A stretch of DNA of 64,000 nt from Selaginella moellendorffii (GCF_000143415.4 NW_003314415.1:1-64000), one strand, 5' to 3'; shown: positions 34,707-48,348, counted from the stretch's first letter. Notes: generated from the letters alone by a model not told the origin. Program-made: numbers and translations.

Positions 34707-37016
34707 CTAATCTTTCTTGTCTGCCAGCTTTGGAGCTGGTTCCTTGTACATCTGCACAAGTTCTTTCACCACGCGCTTCACGCTCCCACCGTTCTTGATC
34801 ATCAGCTTGCGGTTCATCTCCGTATCATAGAACCCCTGCAAAGGAGAAAAATTAGAATCCCAGCTTTGCAAATGAAAATCTGCGCTTACCATCTCTTGGA
34901 GCTCCTCCAAGATGGGATCCCACTCGGCCGCAGCAACGAGATCATCCAGCGTACGGTGGAAGTCATTGTTGTTCTTCTCCAGGAGCTCGTATATCAGCTC
35001 TTTCTTGTTGGTGAAACCCATCGTCTGGAAGAATACCGCCGCCTTCTCCTTCTGGTTCTCCAGAGAGGCCTCCGGAGTAACTGGAGTCACCCTCTTCTCC
35101 GCAGAGGCCAGTGGAGTAGCAGGAACCTCCGCCGCTTCCAGCTCGGGCTCGGGCTCGGGCTCTGGCATCGGTGGCGAAGATGCCGAAGCTTCCTCGCTTT
35201 TCGGCATCTCCACCAAAGAGAACCCGTCATCGACTTCATCCGCCTTGAAGTCCTCGCCTTCAAAGCTCTTCTCACTCGGCACAGCCTCGCCCACCATCAC
35301 TTCCACCTCCACGCTCGTCGCTTCGTCATCGAAGTCTACCACGACGACAGGACTCTCCTCCCCAGCAGGCTTTTCGGCCTTCACCTCGACTTCGCTCTCA
35401 GACGCGTTAGGCGTGACCTGCAAGCCAAGAAAGATTGAATAATCAGCCATTGACCACATCGAAACTTCAAGTGCTCTCTAGTACCTGGATCAGTGCCCAA
35501 ACTCTGTGTCCAAACTTGACACCGTAAGGTGTTACAAGCCTCCAGTACGATGCATATCGTCCTGCTCGAGCCGGGGCAACGAGATCAACCGCTACCTCAA
35601 CTTCCGCATCTGGAAGAACGCTAGCACCTTCGGTCTGTTTAAAACCGAAACGACTGAATTAGAACACTCGAGAAAGATCAAAGGAAGAAACATACCTGCA
35701 GCGACACAGCCGACACTGTTCCCATCTCGTCGCCGCCTACACGCACCAGTCTAGTGTCGGGTGCCCAGGCAACTTTGCCGCTGTTACGAAGCCTCCATAT
35801 CTTCACAAAGCGAGTATGGGGGCTAACTTCAGTCCCGTCAGGGATAGAGACGTCGCAGACGAAGCGGCCGTCCGGTTTGGCGTACGCCATATCCATCGGA
35901 CGGCCAAACGGAGAGAACGGAGAGAACGGTCTTGGAGCAAACTCTGTTTCCGAGTGACGATGATAGTCACCCGCACGTCCCCATGCAGAGCGGCAGCGGT
36001 TCGGCCCAAACGCAGCTGGGCATCTTCCCTGCTTTAAAGAAATTTTTTTAAGAACACACTGAAACTAAGTGGAGCTTTTACTACTCACCACTCGCCCGGG
36101 AGGAACGTAGTGATGACGATGAATTGGTTTGTCGTAGCGAGTATAATCCAGCTGACCGCCTTTCGGCAGGTTGTTGAAACAAGTCAGGCACAAATCATAG
36201 TCGTGCTTGCTGGAAAAAAACCATTCTCACATAAGAAACCATTAAAGAAACAGAGAAGTTAATTACCTGGTCGACTTGAAGCGTGGACCAACAATTGGTG
36301 ACATGCCACAGCCATCACACTGGACGTTCTGGTGGAAGACGTTCTCCATTCCAGAACGAGGAGCTTCGCTACGATCACCAGCCGGAGGAGGCACAGCATC
36401 AGGCGCAGCAGCAGACTTCTCGGCAGCAGAGGTGGTGGTCGACGACTCAGCGCGGATCTTTCCGGAAAGACCTCGCATAAGGTCCGCCACCGTCACCATG
36501 TGGGGCTTGAGGAAAGGATGCACAGCTTCCTTGAGCGTCTCGGCGTCAAACGCCTTGAGAGCCGCCTCCAAGATTGGTTTGATATCCCCAACAAACGCTC
36601 CTTCGCTGCTGCTGGAGCTGCTCCCAAGGGGAACCTCCAGGCGGACGTGCAGCCTGAGAGGATTTAATCCCTGGAGCACGCAAGCGTCCTCCAACTCCTG
36701 GTCATTCGCCATAGTAATCACATCGTTGTCCTTGTCGACGTAAGTTATCACCAGCTTTGAAGCAGTAGGGATTCCAAAGCTGCAAGGCAAAAGAATTTTT
36801 TTTTTTTAGTTCAAGCATACAAAAAATCGATTCTTTCTACCTGTCACAGATTTTCGAGTGAAGCTCCGCAAAAGAAATCGCCGGAGCTCCGTTTGATGAT
36901 GCCGGAACAGTGAGCCTCCGAAGAGACTCTTCGTATCTTATCTGAAAAGAAGAAGACGAAGCGAAGATAAGAAAGCGATTTGGGATTCACGTCCATACCT
37001 TGATCACGAAAGCCAT
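34707..37016 (-). CDS. NBR1: Selective autophagy receptor NBR1 (PB1, ZZ, FW, 2 UBA)
   Basis: ITYVDKDNDVITM (PB1), FHQNVQCDGCGMSPIVGPRFKS (ZZ), FVCDVSIPDGT...KIWRLRNSG (FW) and EWDPILEELQEMGF (AIM plus UBA2). Confidence 0.95.
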
Positions 37017-37484
37017 AATCGCTGATCGCTGCTGGGGGAAGCGCCACAAGCGTCCCGTCGAAGACCCTAGCTTCTGGAGAGCAAGAAATTCGCAATTTCA
37101 GTGAGACCCTAGGAGCGCCAATCGAGGAATCGCTACCTCTGCGCAGAGAAAGATCGATCGATATAAACACTACCCGCGTTCCTGTAAGCCGCGAGGAACT
37201 ACTTTGTGTGGAGCTTACCCCAGCCCTCTTTTATATATACATCAAAACGATGCATTACCGACTTACTCCGCCGTTGGATGCACGCCACGTGGCAGCAGAA
37301 AGTCATAAATGGATTGGAGCTATTTTGGAACATTCTGGAAATATACGTTGGAGGTTTGATTTAATTAAGAAAGCTTGGAAAGAATAGTCGAGAGTGTTCT
37401 TGCGTGAGTTCTTTATCCTCCTCCTTCCTGTAAAGATCAGAATGATTAAACTATCGAAGAAATGAAGAACATGGAAGCTAGATT

Positions 37485-38797
37485 TTAGACCACGAATTGT
37501 TGGAACTCTGCCTCATCTTTCATCGCATTTACGACGCCGAGATCGTTCATCAAGTCCTGAAAAATCGTGTTGCGGGTAAACACACGCGACGATCGATTGC
37601 ATTCGAAGTTTTGATCTGTTACTCACCTCGTCGGCCACTGTCAATGCTCCCGTACTCTCGTCCTGCTAGAAAAAAAACACCATTTTATCAATCAATCCGA
37701 TAGATACGTAGAGCTGTTACCTTGCACGCAACAAAGAGAAGAGGGTCGAATGGAGTGAAGACCACAAACTCGCTGATTCCCTGGAATGATCAGCATGAGA
37801 AAAAACGCTGCCAACCTTTTGAGGGATGTTCTTGCTGTTTACCACTTGAAAGCTTGTGATTTCTACTCCCTCAGTGATGGATCCGTCTGTAGAGCAGCAT
37901 AAAAAACGAGGAAAGGAGAAACAAGTTTTTGTAGCTGTACCAGTTTCAAGCTCCAAAACATCGTTGTCAGTGAAACAAAAACATCCTCGAGCAGTGAGGC
38001 AGTATCTAATATCCAAAGAGAACAAGAAAAACAGTCTTGGAATTTGTCCAGAAAATCTTACCCGCTAAACACAAAATGTAGCCTCTTCTTCGCAAGAGCG
38101 TACTCCGCGGTTGGAATTAGCTCTTCTAGTTCGTCATCGCTTATCTGAGGAAAGATCAAACTCAAGGTAAAGAGAATAGAAACATCGCGTGCTTGCCTCT
38201 CTCAAGGCCTCATTCTCCTCGTCATACTTGAGGATTTGCAAAGGACTGCAACACAAATCTGGAGCTCCTGCTTGCACAAACTCGGGAATTGTGAAGAAAA
38301 CAATACCTACGTATCAAGAGGCGACAAAAGCAAACACTGGAGTCCGCTGGAGCTCAAAAATGCTCTTCGCACTGAACACTCGAGCGATCTCCCTGTCTCC
38401 GGATCGATCTACGAGGCAAAAAATAAGAACCATCGAGAGGAAAATACTTTGGAATGCAATAAACTCTCATTTTGCAGCTTACCATATCCACGACACGCTT
38501 GTTTGCAGGAGCTACAAGTACAACTTCTCCAGCGTCGTTGAGGATAAAACCAGCAGGAGGATTTGGAATCGTCGGCGACCAGTTTTTCCTCGGTGGCTCT
38601 TCCACAACAGCCTTTGCTCTGCGTGACTTACCTTGCTCTGGAAATCCTCGTTGTTTGCCGGAAACCAACACAACCCAGCTCTTCCTCCGGGGAATTCTCA
38701 CAAGCGCTCGAGAATTAAGCTCGGTCTTTGTACCGTAAAATGATACGCTGCTCGTTAAGTGCATTCTAGGCGCTATCCTTGTCGCCAATGCATCCAT
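37485..38797 (-). CDS. Probable plastid protein of the DUF3727-like family, multi-exon
   Basis: Transit-like N-terminus; SLECSVRRAF, LLSPLDTPLQIL, AEYALAKKRLH, LTARG.FCF and EGVEITSFQ resemble the cyanobacteria-derived family (recalled, not searched). Confidence 0.65.
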
Positions 38798-38939
38798 CCT
38801 GCACCAACACAAACGCCTTGAGAACCCTACAAGTATGAAAGCAAAGAAAAGACTTACTCTCTCTCGTTGGAATTTTACCTTTTGGAACGAGAATCCTTCG
38901 GGCTTATGAGTTGATAAAAACCGCAGCTTGGGTCTCTTT

Positions 38940-41156
38940 CTACCAGTAATCACCGCACGAACAAGAGCCTCTCTGGAAGATATGAAACCGATGCGAGTCC
39001 CGGACAAGAACCTTTCGGTGTAACATCTTCGAAACCAGCTTGAAAAACGAGTGGCAGTCGGGACAGATTCGGAGGTTCTTGACAATGTGTAGCGTCGCTC
39101 CTGCGTCGGACGTCAACAGTCCCAGCCCCAGAGCCATCCTCTCGCTGTGAAAGAGCAGCAACTCAGGCTTCACCTCCTCGTTCACGTCCACCAAAACTTC
39201 TTTCGTGTCGGGCTCGTATCCGGCATGAGAAAGCTGTTCGTGGACTTCCTGGAGCCGAGCACGAATCTCCTGGTTCAGAGGGTGAGCAGTATCTCCACAC
39301 ACGAACTCGTGAATTCTTCGCTGTGCCTCGATCATACTCTTCCCGGGTGGCTTTGCGAGACCTCTCTGTTTGATCATCTTCTTCACCTCCGCTACGTCTG
39401 CCCACTTTCCAGCCTTTGCGTACATGTTTCCCATCAGAAGGTAAGGCCCCGAGTCGGGAGGATTCAGCTCGGTTATCCGCTTGTAAGCCCGAGCTCCGAT
39501 CTTCAAATCCCCGTAGACTTTGCAAGCACTCAGCAAGATCGTCCAAGTAACCACGTCGGGAGAATACGGCATGGTGCGGACGAGCTCCTCGGCTTCTCTT
39601 AACCGGCCAACCCGTCCCAGAAGATCGATCATGCAAGTGTAGTGGGGCTGAAGCGGAACGATCCAGTGGTCCTCTCTCATGGCTCGAAAGTAGAGCAAGC
39701 CTTCGTCCGGCAGGCCCGAGTGGCTGCACGCATTGAAGATTGCTGTGAAAGTCACGTCGTCTGGAATCACTCCCTCGCAGTTCATCCGCTGGTAAGCTTC
39801 GAGACGGTACTGCGACTGCCCCGGCTGAGAGTAAGCGGACATGAGCGACGTCCAGGTGAAGACGTTCTTCAGTCCACAGTCGTTAAACACGGCTCTGGCT
39901 TCGTGAGTGCTGCCACACTTGGCGTACATGTTGACAAGCGCAGTATTGTAAGCAACGTCGGTCGGCTGGTCACCTCCTTTCACCTTCTTGTGAATCTCTT
40001 TCCCTTCGGTGAGAGCTCCCAGCTTTGAGCAGGCGTCGAGAACACTCGTGAAAGTCCACAAGTTTGGCTCGAGATTCCTGCCTTCCATCTCGATGTAGAG
40101 ACTTATAGCCTTGCTCCCATCGTCGTACTTCGCAAAAACCGCGATCATGTTGTTGTAAGACGCGAGGTCCTTGTAACGTATCCCATCAAAGACCCACTTT
40201 GCGCTGGCGATCCTCCCAAACCTTCCATACATCCCAACGAGCGCGTTGGAGCACACTGGAGTTCGTCTCTCGTGATTTCCCAGCTTGACATGGATGGCTT
40301 CTCCTTCTCGGATAGTCGGGCACACGGCTAGAGCAGCGGCGTAAGCGTAGATGTCCGGCATTATTCCCTCGGACAGCATTTTCTTGTAGAGCTCGTAGGC
40401 CTCGACGTGCTTGGCAGTGTGTGTGTAAGCCTGGATCATCGACGTATAGGATATCAAGTTCTTGGGCTCCATCTTCTCGAACACCCCGGCCGCAAACTTG
40501 AAGCTCCCACACTTTGCGTACATGTGGATGAGGCTGTTTTGGACGACGAGATCAGTACCAAAGCCTTGAGCAATCGCGTGCCTATGAATCTCCTTACCAT
40601 CCTCGAGGTAATCCTCTCCAAGATGAGCGCACGACTTTAGAACCGTCACGTAGGTGGCTTGGTTCTGCTGGAGCTCCTCGTTGATCGACTTCTTGAAGAG
40701 CTGGAGAGCCTTCTTGTGGAGATCGTTCTCCTGGTAAGCTCCCATCATGATCGCGTACGAGTACTCGTTCTTCTCCGCGATCTCGGAGAAGGCCGCCACC
40801 GCGTCGTCGATGCTCTTGCATCGGCCATAGGCGCGCACCAGGCAATTCCCCAAAAACGTCTCCTTCTCCTGCTCCAGATTGGCGTCGATGATCCGCTCGT
40901 GAGTCATCTTGACGTAGCCAAGCCCAAACTCGCCCCAGCAGCGCTTGAGCCGGTCGGCGTACTCGGTAGAGCCGATGCGCAGCGGCGGCGGTGGCTTGAG
41001 CTGATCTAGCTCCTTCTGTGCCTTCCATTTACCTCGCTTCTCAGATGTGCGGCCGCCCTGGAGAATGCTGCTGCTGTGGATCTCCCTGGCATCGATCGCG
41101 ACATGGAATCGAATGCGCCGCCTCCAAATGCGCGCCATTCTCCCCCAAAGCCTCAT
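38940..41156 (-). CDS. PLS-E-DYW PPR protein, C-to-U RNA editing factor
   Basis: PG box (KPPGKSMIE), HSE, KNLRICPDCH and terminal CSCGDYW all intact. Confidence 0.96.
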   Translation of the reverse strand: MRLWGRMARIWRRRIRFHVAIDAREIHSSSILQGGRTSEKRGKWKAQKELDQLKPPPPLRIGSTEYADRLKRCWGEFGLGYVKMTHERIIDANLEQEKETFLGNCLVRAYGRCKSIDDAVAAFSEIAEKNEYSYAIMMGAYQENDLHKKALQLFKKSINEELQQNQATYVTVLKSCAHLGEDYLEDGKEIHRHAIAQGFGTDLVVQNSLIHMYAKCGSFKFAAGVFEKMEPKNLISYTSMIQAYTHTAKHVEAYELYKKMLSEGIMPDIYAYAAALAVCPTIREGEAIHVKLGNHERRTPVCSNALVGMYGRFGRIASAKWVFDGIRYKDLASYNNMIAVFAKYDDGSKAISLYIEMEGRNLEPNLWTFTSVLDACSKLGALTEGKEIHKKVKGGDQPTDVAYNTALVNMYAKCGSTHEARAVFNDCGLKNVFTWTSLMSAYSQPGQSQYRLEAYQRMNCEGVIPDDVTFTAIFNACSHSGLPDEGLLYFRAMREDHWIVPLQPHYTCMIDLLGRVGRLREAEELVRTMPYSPDVVTWTILLSACKVYGDLKIGARAYKRITELNPPDSGPYLLMGNMYAKAGKWADVAEVKKMIKQRGLAKPPGKSMIEAQRRIHEFVCGDTAHPLNQEIRARLQEVHEQLSHAGYEPDTKEVLVDVNEEVKPELLLFHSERMALGLGLLTSDAGATLHIVKNLRICPDCHSFFKLVSKMLHRKVLVRDSHRFHIFQRGSCSCGDYW

Positions 41157-41240
41157 GAACCCTAAAACCCCGCATAAACCCTGGAATATGCTAATCACAT
41201 GAACCTAAAAGGTGTGAGAGCCCTAAGAACAGAGCATTTC

Positions 41241-41600
41241 ATGGCGTTCGCCATCGCGTGCCCGGCGCAGCTCAAATCGGTGCTGGGCGGTCCCGATTCC
41301 GGCAGGATTCGCTCGCGTTCACCCGCATTTGGCATTAATCATTCCATTTTCGCGCAAGTCAGCCGGGGGAGCTTGAAATTTCGGGGTATTGTGCCATTGG
41401 ATCACAGGCAAGTGCAAAAATTCTCAGCGACGAACAGCTCTGATGGGAGCTCCGCGGAGAACGAATCAAAACCTACCAGCGATTACAAGAGCGGACCTCC
41501 AATTGCAACGATAGTGGCTGGGATTTTGGTGTTTGTTCTAGTTCTGTGGATGATTGGTTCGCTCGTGACTTGGCTTGTAACACTCTTGGTTCATGGTTGA
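41241..41600 (+). CDS. Small putative plastid membrane protein
   Basis: Transit-like N-terminus and hydrophobic C-terminal segment GPPIATIVAGILVFVLVLWMIGS. Confidence 0.65.
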   Translation: MAFAIACPAQLKSVLGGPDSGRIRSRSPAFGINHSIFAQVSRGSLKFRGIVPLDHRQVQKFSATNSSDGSSAENESKPTSDYKSGPPIATIVAGILVFVLVLWMIGSLVTWLVTLLVHG

Positions 41601-41630
41601 ATGCAAAGATCCGCTTTCTCGCGAGAAGAT

Positions 41631-42858
41631 CTACAAAACTCGTTTGCTCGGCCACTCGATGATCCGGGAGAAGTAGCGAGGAGGAACAACGCCCCCAAAT
41701 CCCTCTGTCAGCACCACACGGTTTTCCGAGATGAAAAGCTCCATGCCATCTGCGAGAAAGCCCATCGAAAATTTAGAACCCCAGAGAATGAAAGAAAAGA
41801 TGCTTGAAGTTACCATCGAGAGCTTTTTCCACGTCGAGGAAGATGAGAGCATCGCAAGTTTTCCTCATTCCTAAAGAACAAAGAGATCATTGTGAGAACT
41901 TTCGTGTTATCTCTTCCTCGAAACGTTACCACTAACGACGCCATCGTCCCGGGGCAAACCAGTCGCAAAGTGGACATGGTTTCTGCCCATGACACACAGC
42001 CCTGTTCGCCGAATGCTCGCGAGATTTTTCTTGAACGTCCCATGAACACACACTGGCACCAAAGAATCAAGATCATTGAGGCAAGATCTTCAAAAACCTT
42101 TCAAAGTACCTGGAACTTGATCAGCAGACTCGATCTCTTCGAGGAGTTTCTCCGTGACTACAGCCTGTTGATTCACTGGCTCAGCTCTAAGAAACTTCTA
42201 GCAACAAAAGAAAAAATCTACCTTCATGGAATGCCCCTGGTTAGCTCTGATGAAGAGAATCCCGTTCTCGACAGTAGTGGAAAATCTGGTCTTTAGATCC
42301 GTCTCCACAACCTGGTGCCAAAGATTGATCTTAAGTAAACCACACACACACACAAAGAAAAAAGAAAAGTTTCCACAAACCTTCAAGACGTCCTGTATGG
42401 AGTGACCTCTCATCGGTTGCAGCTTGAGAAGATCATTCATCCGGCAGTAGCCATCACTCCGGATTTTCAATCCCATTTCCACCGCTTGGTGTCGAAGGAT
42501 CCTCACTCTACAGAGAGAGTAAAAACCAAAAGAGCAAAGAGAAAAACTTTGCTTACAAATTCTTCCCCAAGCTTTGGAGCTGTTGATCGGTAGCGATGGA
42601 TTTCGATGGCGATGCTACGCATTCCTTCTTCGCCACCGCACGGGAGCCGCTACTGCCGCCACCGGAAAGATCGATCACTCCCTTGAAAACGCTCGATTTC
42701 GATCGAGCTGGAGCCTGTGGATCGTCGCGCGAAGGGCTGGAGCTCGCTGCGACCTGGATCTTTGGTCGATATACCTTCCTCAAGGATCCAGGGCTTGAGA
42801 ATGCCTGATTCTTGGCTGGAATCGCAGCGGCAGACCTCCGCGAGAAGTTTGAGACCAT
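41631..42858 (-). CDS. TPT1: tRNA 2'-phosphotransferase (Tpt1/KptA); start uncertain
   Basis: [25 protein letters not shown] and [11 protein letters not shown] motifs across exons. Confidence 0.88.
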
Positions 42859-43242
42859 CCCAATATGCCCTGTTTTTGCCCTAAAAAGGAAGCTTGTTTG
42901 CCCTAAACGAAGGCAACGCGAAGGAAGAACAGTGCCCAGGCCGGCAAATCTCAAGTATCCTCGGTCGATCCATTCTATACTGCGATGGAGCGGTGATGTG
43001 ATGCTGATGCATTGCTCGATCGATCGACCGGTCGGTCGGATTCATTTGATTGATTCTTTTCCTGTGTTCTGTCTCACTGCGTGTGGTCCACTACAGTCGC
43101 TCTCTTTGTTTCTTTCCCCCTTGTCTCTCTCTCCCTTCGCTCATAAAATTCCGGAAGCCGGCTCTGGATGCTAACTGCGTGGGAATAAATCTCGCCTTGC
43201 AGGGCGGCGTTTTGATGAGGAAGAACTGAGAGGAGCGAAACA

Positions 43243-46200
43243 ATGCGCATCGTCCGCGACGATCGCGTGGGAATCGATCGAGCTCTTTTGCTCCAAAGAC
43301 CGGTTTGCGAGCTTCCTCCATCCACAGCGTTCTTTGATGTGTGTTCTTTGGAAGAACACAGCGAGCCGGTAAAGTCCTCGTGTAAAGTCGGCATGGATGA
43401 GTCTTTAGGAGAAGGCTTTCAGGAAGCTCCAGCCACACAGGTACTCGAGAAGGTACTTATCAATCTTTGTTTCTTCTCTGTTCTAAACTTTTGACGAGCT
43501 CGACTCGATGTTACAGCATTCTAGGATCTGGTTCAAAGCTTCCACTGGAAACTGGGAGATTGGCAGTGTCCAGTCGATCTTACAGGATGGATCTTTGATC
43601 TGTAGCTCCAACGATGACGAGGTACATAGGAAAGTTTCGGCGTGTTTTTGTTATCGATAGCTTTGTGCTTGTTCTCCAGGTTCTCGAACTTGCAGTGAAG
43701 GATATCCATCCTGCAAATCCCGATATCCTTGAAGGCGTCGATGATCTGACCAAGCTGAGCTATCTGAACGAGCCCTCTGTTCTACACGACTTGAAAACTC
43801 GTTTTGAGAAGGACAATATTTATGTAAGCTTTCTTTCCTTCTTTTTCTATAACTTTCTTTTGGCGACCACAGACAAATGCTGGGCCGGTGCTCATTGCTC
43901 TCAATCCGTTCAAGAAAATCCCACTCTACAGTGCCGAGCGTGTTCAAATGTATCGTGATAAGGTGTCTAAGAACTTCGATCCACATGTTTTTGCAATTAC
44001 AGACAGCGCATGCACGGCCTTGTTTAGAGGTATCAGTCACTCTTTTTTTTTCATGTTTTATGTTTCTGATCAAGCTAGTTATCAGATGGAATCAACCAGT
44101 CTGTTGTTATAAGGTGAGGAGTTGCCTGGAATTTATGTGATGCACTGTTTCAATGCTGATACTTTTCAGTGGCGAGAGTGGTGCTGGAAAGACGGAAACA
44201 GCAAAAATAGCTATGCAGTACATCGCTACATTTGGTGGAGGACGTGGCGTAGAGGATGAAATCCTTGAAAGTAACCCGTTACTTGAAGCTTTTGGGAATG
44301 CAAAGACGCTAAGGAATGACAACTCCAGCCGATTTGTAAGTCTTTCTCTTGTTGCTGCTTCTAACTTACAACTCTTTTTCCTGCACTCCAGGGAAAATTG
44401 ATTGACATCTATTTTGATGACTCTGGGACAATATCTGGGGCAAAGATTCAAACTTGTGAGCCCAATGCGAGCTGACATGTTCATCTGGTAGCTTGTCTAG
44501 TTTCAGCGTTTCTTTTCTTTGTCATTCTTCTTCTTTGTTTTCATTCTTACTTCCTTTGTTTGTCATTAGTACTGCCTGAAACTAACATATTATGCCTTTG
44601 TACTGAACCGCTTTATCATTTGTTTTCTGTGCATGTTTATCGACGCATAACGAGCAGATTTATTGGAAAAGGTACCTCTTATTCGCTTGTTTCTTTTGTT
44701 TCTGACCTATGTTTGGTGCAGTCAAGAGTCGTTTATCAATCTTATGGAGAGCGTTCTTATCATGTCTTTTACCAGCTTTGTGCTGGAGCCGACCGTGCAT
44801 TACGGCGTAAGTTTATTCTGATTCCAAAAAGTTTCATGAGTTGTAGGTGGTTGTTTTCTTCAGAGAAAATCAACTTGAAGCTCGCATCTGACTATCAGTA
44901 CTTGAGTCGAAACGGGTGCTTGACTATTGATGCCGTGGATGATGCAGCACAGTTTAGGGCGATGTTGGTAGGCAGAATCATAATGCCTGATTCTATGCAA
45001 GATGGCAAAACACTCCTTTTTTACTCCAGAATGCAATGGATCGCGTGAGAATTCCCAAAAACGACCAGCAGCGACTCTTTGAGATGCTTGCAGCGGTTCT
45101 TTGGCTGGGGAACATCTCGTTCCACACGGCTGAGAGCGAAAACTATTCGACAATGGCTGTTGACGAAGGTATCAGTAAATAGCTTGAAAATGAGAAATCA
45201 CGCTAATGGCCACTTTGTCAGCTGCAAGGTCTGTCGCGTCGCTACTAGGATGCCAGATAGATGTGCTTCATACGGCGCTGTGCACCCGTAAAATTAATGC
45301 TAGAGGCGAGGTCATAATCCAACAACTGACTGAGGCCCAGGTATGCTATGGATAGGTTTCATGGAATGGCAATATGTTAGCTCGTTTTCGCTCGTCACAG
45401 GCCATCGACTCAAGAGATGCGTTGGCAAAAGCCATATATTCCTGTTTATTTGAGTGGCTGGTTGAAAAGATAAACAACTCTCTGGACGCCGGAAAAGCTT
45501 GCGAGTCGAAGTTTATCAGCATTCTCGACATCTATGGGTTTGAGTCTTTTGAGGTAACAAGTATCACACACGCCGCTTCTCACCGATCTTTAACAGTTTG
45601 CTTCAACATGTGTAGAACAACAGTTTCGAGCAGCTGTGCATAAACTATGCAAATGAGAGGCTTCAACAGTTTTTCAATCACCACCTCTTCAAAATTGAGC
45701 AGGACGTAAGCTCATCTATTATAATGATTTGGATCTTTATTTTTTCTTTCTTTTTTTTTTCTCATTTTAGGAATACAGTTCTGAAGGAATTGATTGGACG
45801 AAGATCGAGTTTGTGGACAACCAAGAGTGTTTGGACCTTATTGAAAAGGTATTCTCCCGTTTGAAATCTCAGCAAGTGTATAAGCTCTTGTTTACGTGCA
45901 GAAACCAGTGGGCCTAATCACTTTGCTAGATGAGGAGTGCAGCTTTCCTAAAGCAACAGAAGCTAGCTTAGCTTTGAAACTTAGCGAACATTTGAAAGGA
46001 AATAGCTGTTTCAAAGCCGAGCGCTCTCCTGGCTTTACGATCAATCACTATGCAGGAGAAGTACTGTAGGCAAGATAATTTGTGTATATTGCTTACATTG
46101 TTTTGAACAGGTAACTTACGGGACATCCGGATTCCTCGAGAAAAATAGAGACCTTCTCCATGTTGATCTTCTGGAACTGCTTGGCTCTTGCGAGCATGAT

Positions 46201-48348
46201 CTGGCAAAAGAGTTTGCGGCTAAGCTTGGGGGTACAGGAAGACTCAACGGCGTTGATTTACAAAGGCGGAGTGTGTCCACCAAGTTCAAGGTGATCAAGT
46301 TTGATGTCAAGCTTTATTTGCTGCTAACCTTTTTTTTTTCATGGTCTGCAGAATCAGCTGCTTAATTTGATGGAAAGGCTGGAAACCACAAGCCCGCATT
46401 TTATACGATGTGTCAAACCAAATAACAGGCAGCTCCGGAACGTTTTCGACTTTGATCTCGTACTGCAGCAGTTGCATTGCTGTGGCGTGTTAGAGGTCGT
46501 TCGGATCGCGCGATCTGGATACCCAACGCGCTACTCCTACGAGCATTTTGCACAGAGGTTTGTGTCGGTGTCTTTCTTGCTCTTATAGTTTCTTAACATC
46601 TTTTTTCTTCTTCTTTTCTAGATATGGATTTCTACTTGGGCAAACCAAGTCTCGGCATAATGACTATCGCAATGATTCCCTTCTAGTTCTTCAAAAAAAT
46701 TCAATTCTACCTGGTGCCTTTCAAGCCGGCTTAAGTAAATTGTTTTTCCGTCCAGGCCAGGTGAGCTGCGTTGAGCTGTGAAAAACAAACTGCCATAACT
46801 TTACATATCATACGTTGCAGATAGGAATTCTGGAGCACCTGCGTACAGGCACATTGAACGCAGTGGTTTATACTCAATCCCGTTTCAGAGGAAGGAGAGA
46901 TCGCATTGAATATCTCCACTTGCGGAGGACCACAATCTGCTTACAATCATGTATGAATTTATCTTATTTTTCTTCCGGCCATGACTTTCTCACGTCTGGA
47001 ATTGTCGCAGTGATGAGGAGGCGGCAAGCACAGGTTTATTACGAGCACCTCAAGCTAGTTCACGTGTCGGCCATCAAGCTCCAGAAGGTTTCAAGGGGCA
47101 TGCTGGCAAGAAAGCACTACAACAATCTACTCAAGAGATGGTCCGCTAGCATCATCATACAGAAACACGCTAGAGGCATCATATCAAGACGTGGATACCA
47201 CCAGCAAAAACTTATCCATCAGGCAGCTGTCACAATCCAGAAGTTTTACAAGGCTTTCGTTCATGCGCGACGCTGGTCCAGAATCTGGCAGCAGAGACTC
47301 TTCGCAACGATCACATTACAAAAGTATTTTCGGAGCATACGGGCTCGGATGGCCTACATGAAAGCTCGAGCTAGATTGATCCTGGTTCAAGCACGTAAGT
47401 TAAAAACTAAGCTGCTAACCAAATACATGCTAACCGGTTTTTTGTAACAGTGGTGAGAGGATGGCTATGCCGGAATGAACGAAAACACCATACGGAGCCG
47501 TCTGAGGAAGACAGTGAGTACGTGAATATCTCAGCAGTGGACTTGGATATGGATGTCGACTGCAAGGTAATGCGAGAGACGGTGTTTGAGACTCCGGAAA
47601 AAGATGGCGCCACCAAAGTTGTGCCAGAAAAGACCGTCTTTGAGATGCAAAAGAGGCTTCTCGAGATGGAAAGGAACCTGTGCGAGAAGGAAGACGAGAA
47701 TGCCGAGCTGGTGATGAAGCTGAGGCTGTACGAAACGCGCTGGAGCGAGTACGAGGACAAGATGAACAGGATGGAGGGCCTGTGGCAAAACCAGATGGCC
47801 TCCTTGCAGCAGAGCTTGGAAGCGGCCAAGACGAGCCTGGCTACCACCGTACTCGACGCGAAGCAAAACGATCTCTTTGAGGTGCAAAGCAATGCGTCCA
47901 GGCAGCGAGCTGCAAGGCCGATCCTTCCGCAGAGCGAAAACGATTCGGATTTTGATTGGGACGAGAGGACGAGTTTCGGGACCAGGACTCCCGAGTCCAC
48001 CACCACATCGATCAACAGAGAGGTAAAAGTATTTTCTTTAGCTTCTCAACTTTCTCAAGTTTAAGCTATCGACGTTTCCAGGGACAAGCCGTTGTGGAGC
48101 ACTTGGTGAGAGAATTCGAGCACCGGTCACAGGTATTCAGCGATGACATCGAGTTCATAGTGGAGGTGAAATCTGGACAGTGCGACGCGGAGCTGGATCC
48201 CGACATGGAGCTCAAGAAGCTCAAGCAGAGATTCGACGTATGGAAGAAGGATTTCAAGGTGCAAGTGAGGGAGACGAAGATGGTGTTGCAGAGATTGGAG
48301 GCCTCGTCGGAGCGGAGTCGAAAGAAATGGTGGGGAAGCAAGCCATAA
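43243..48348 (+). CDS. Class VIII myosin
   Basis: [55 protein letters not shown] motifs, coiled coil and class VIII tail [20 protein letters not shown]...KKWWG. Confidence 0.95.
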
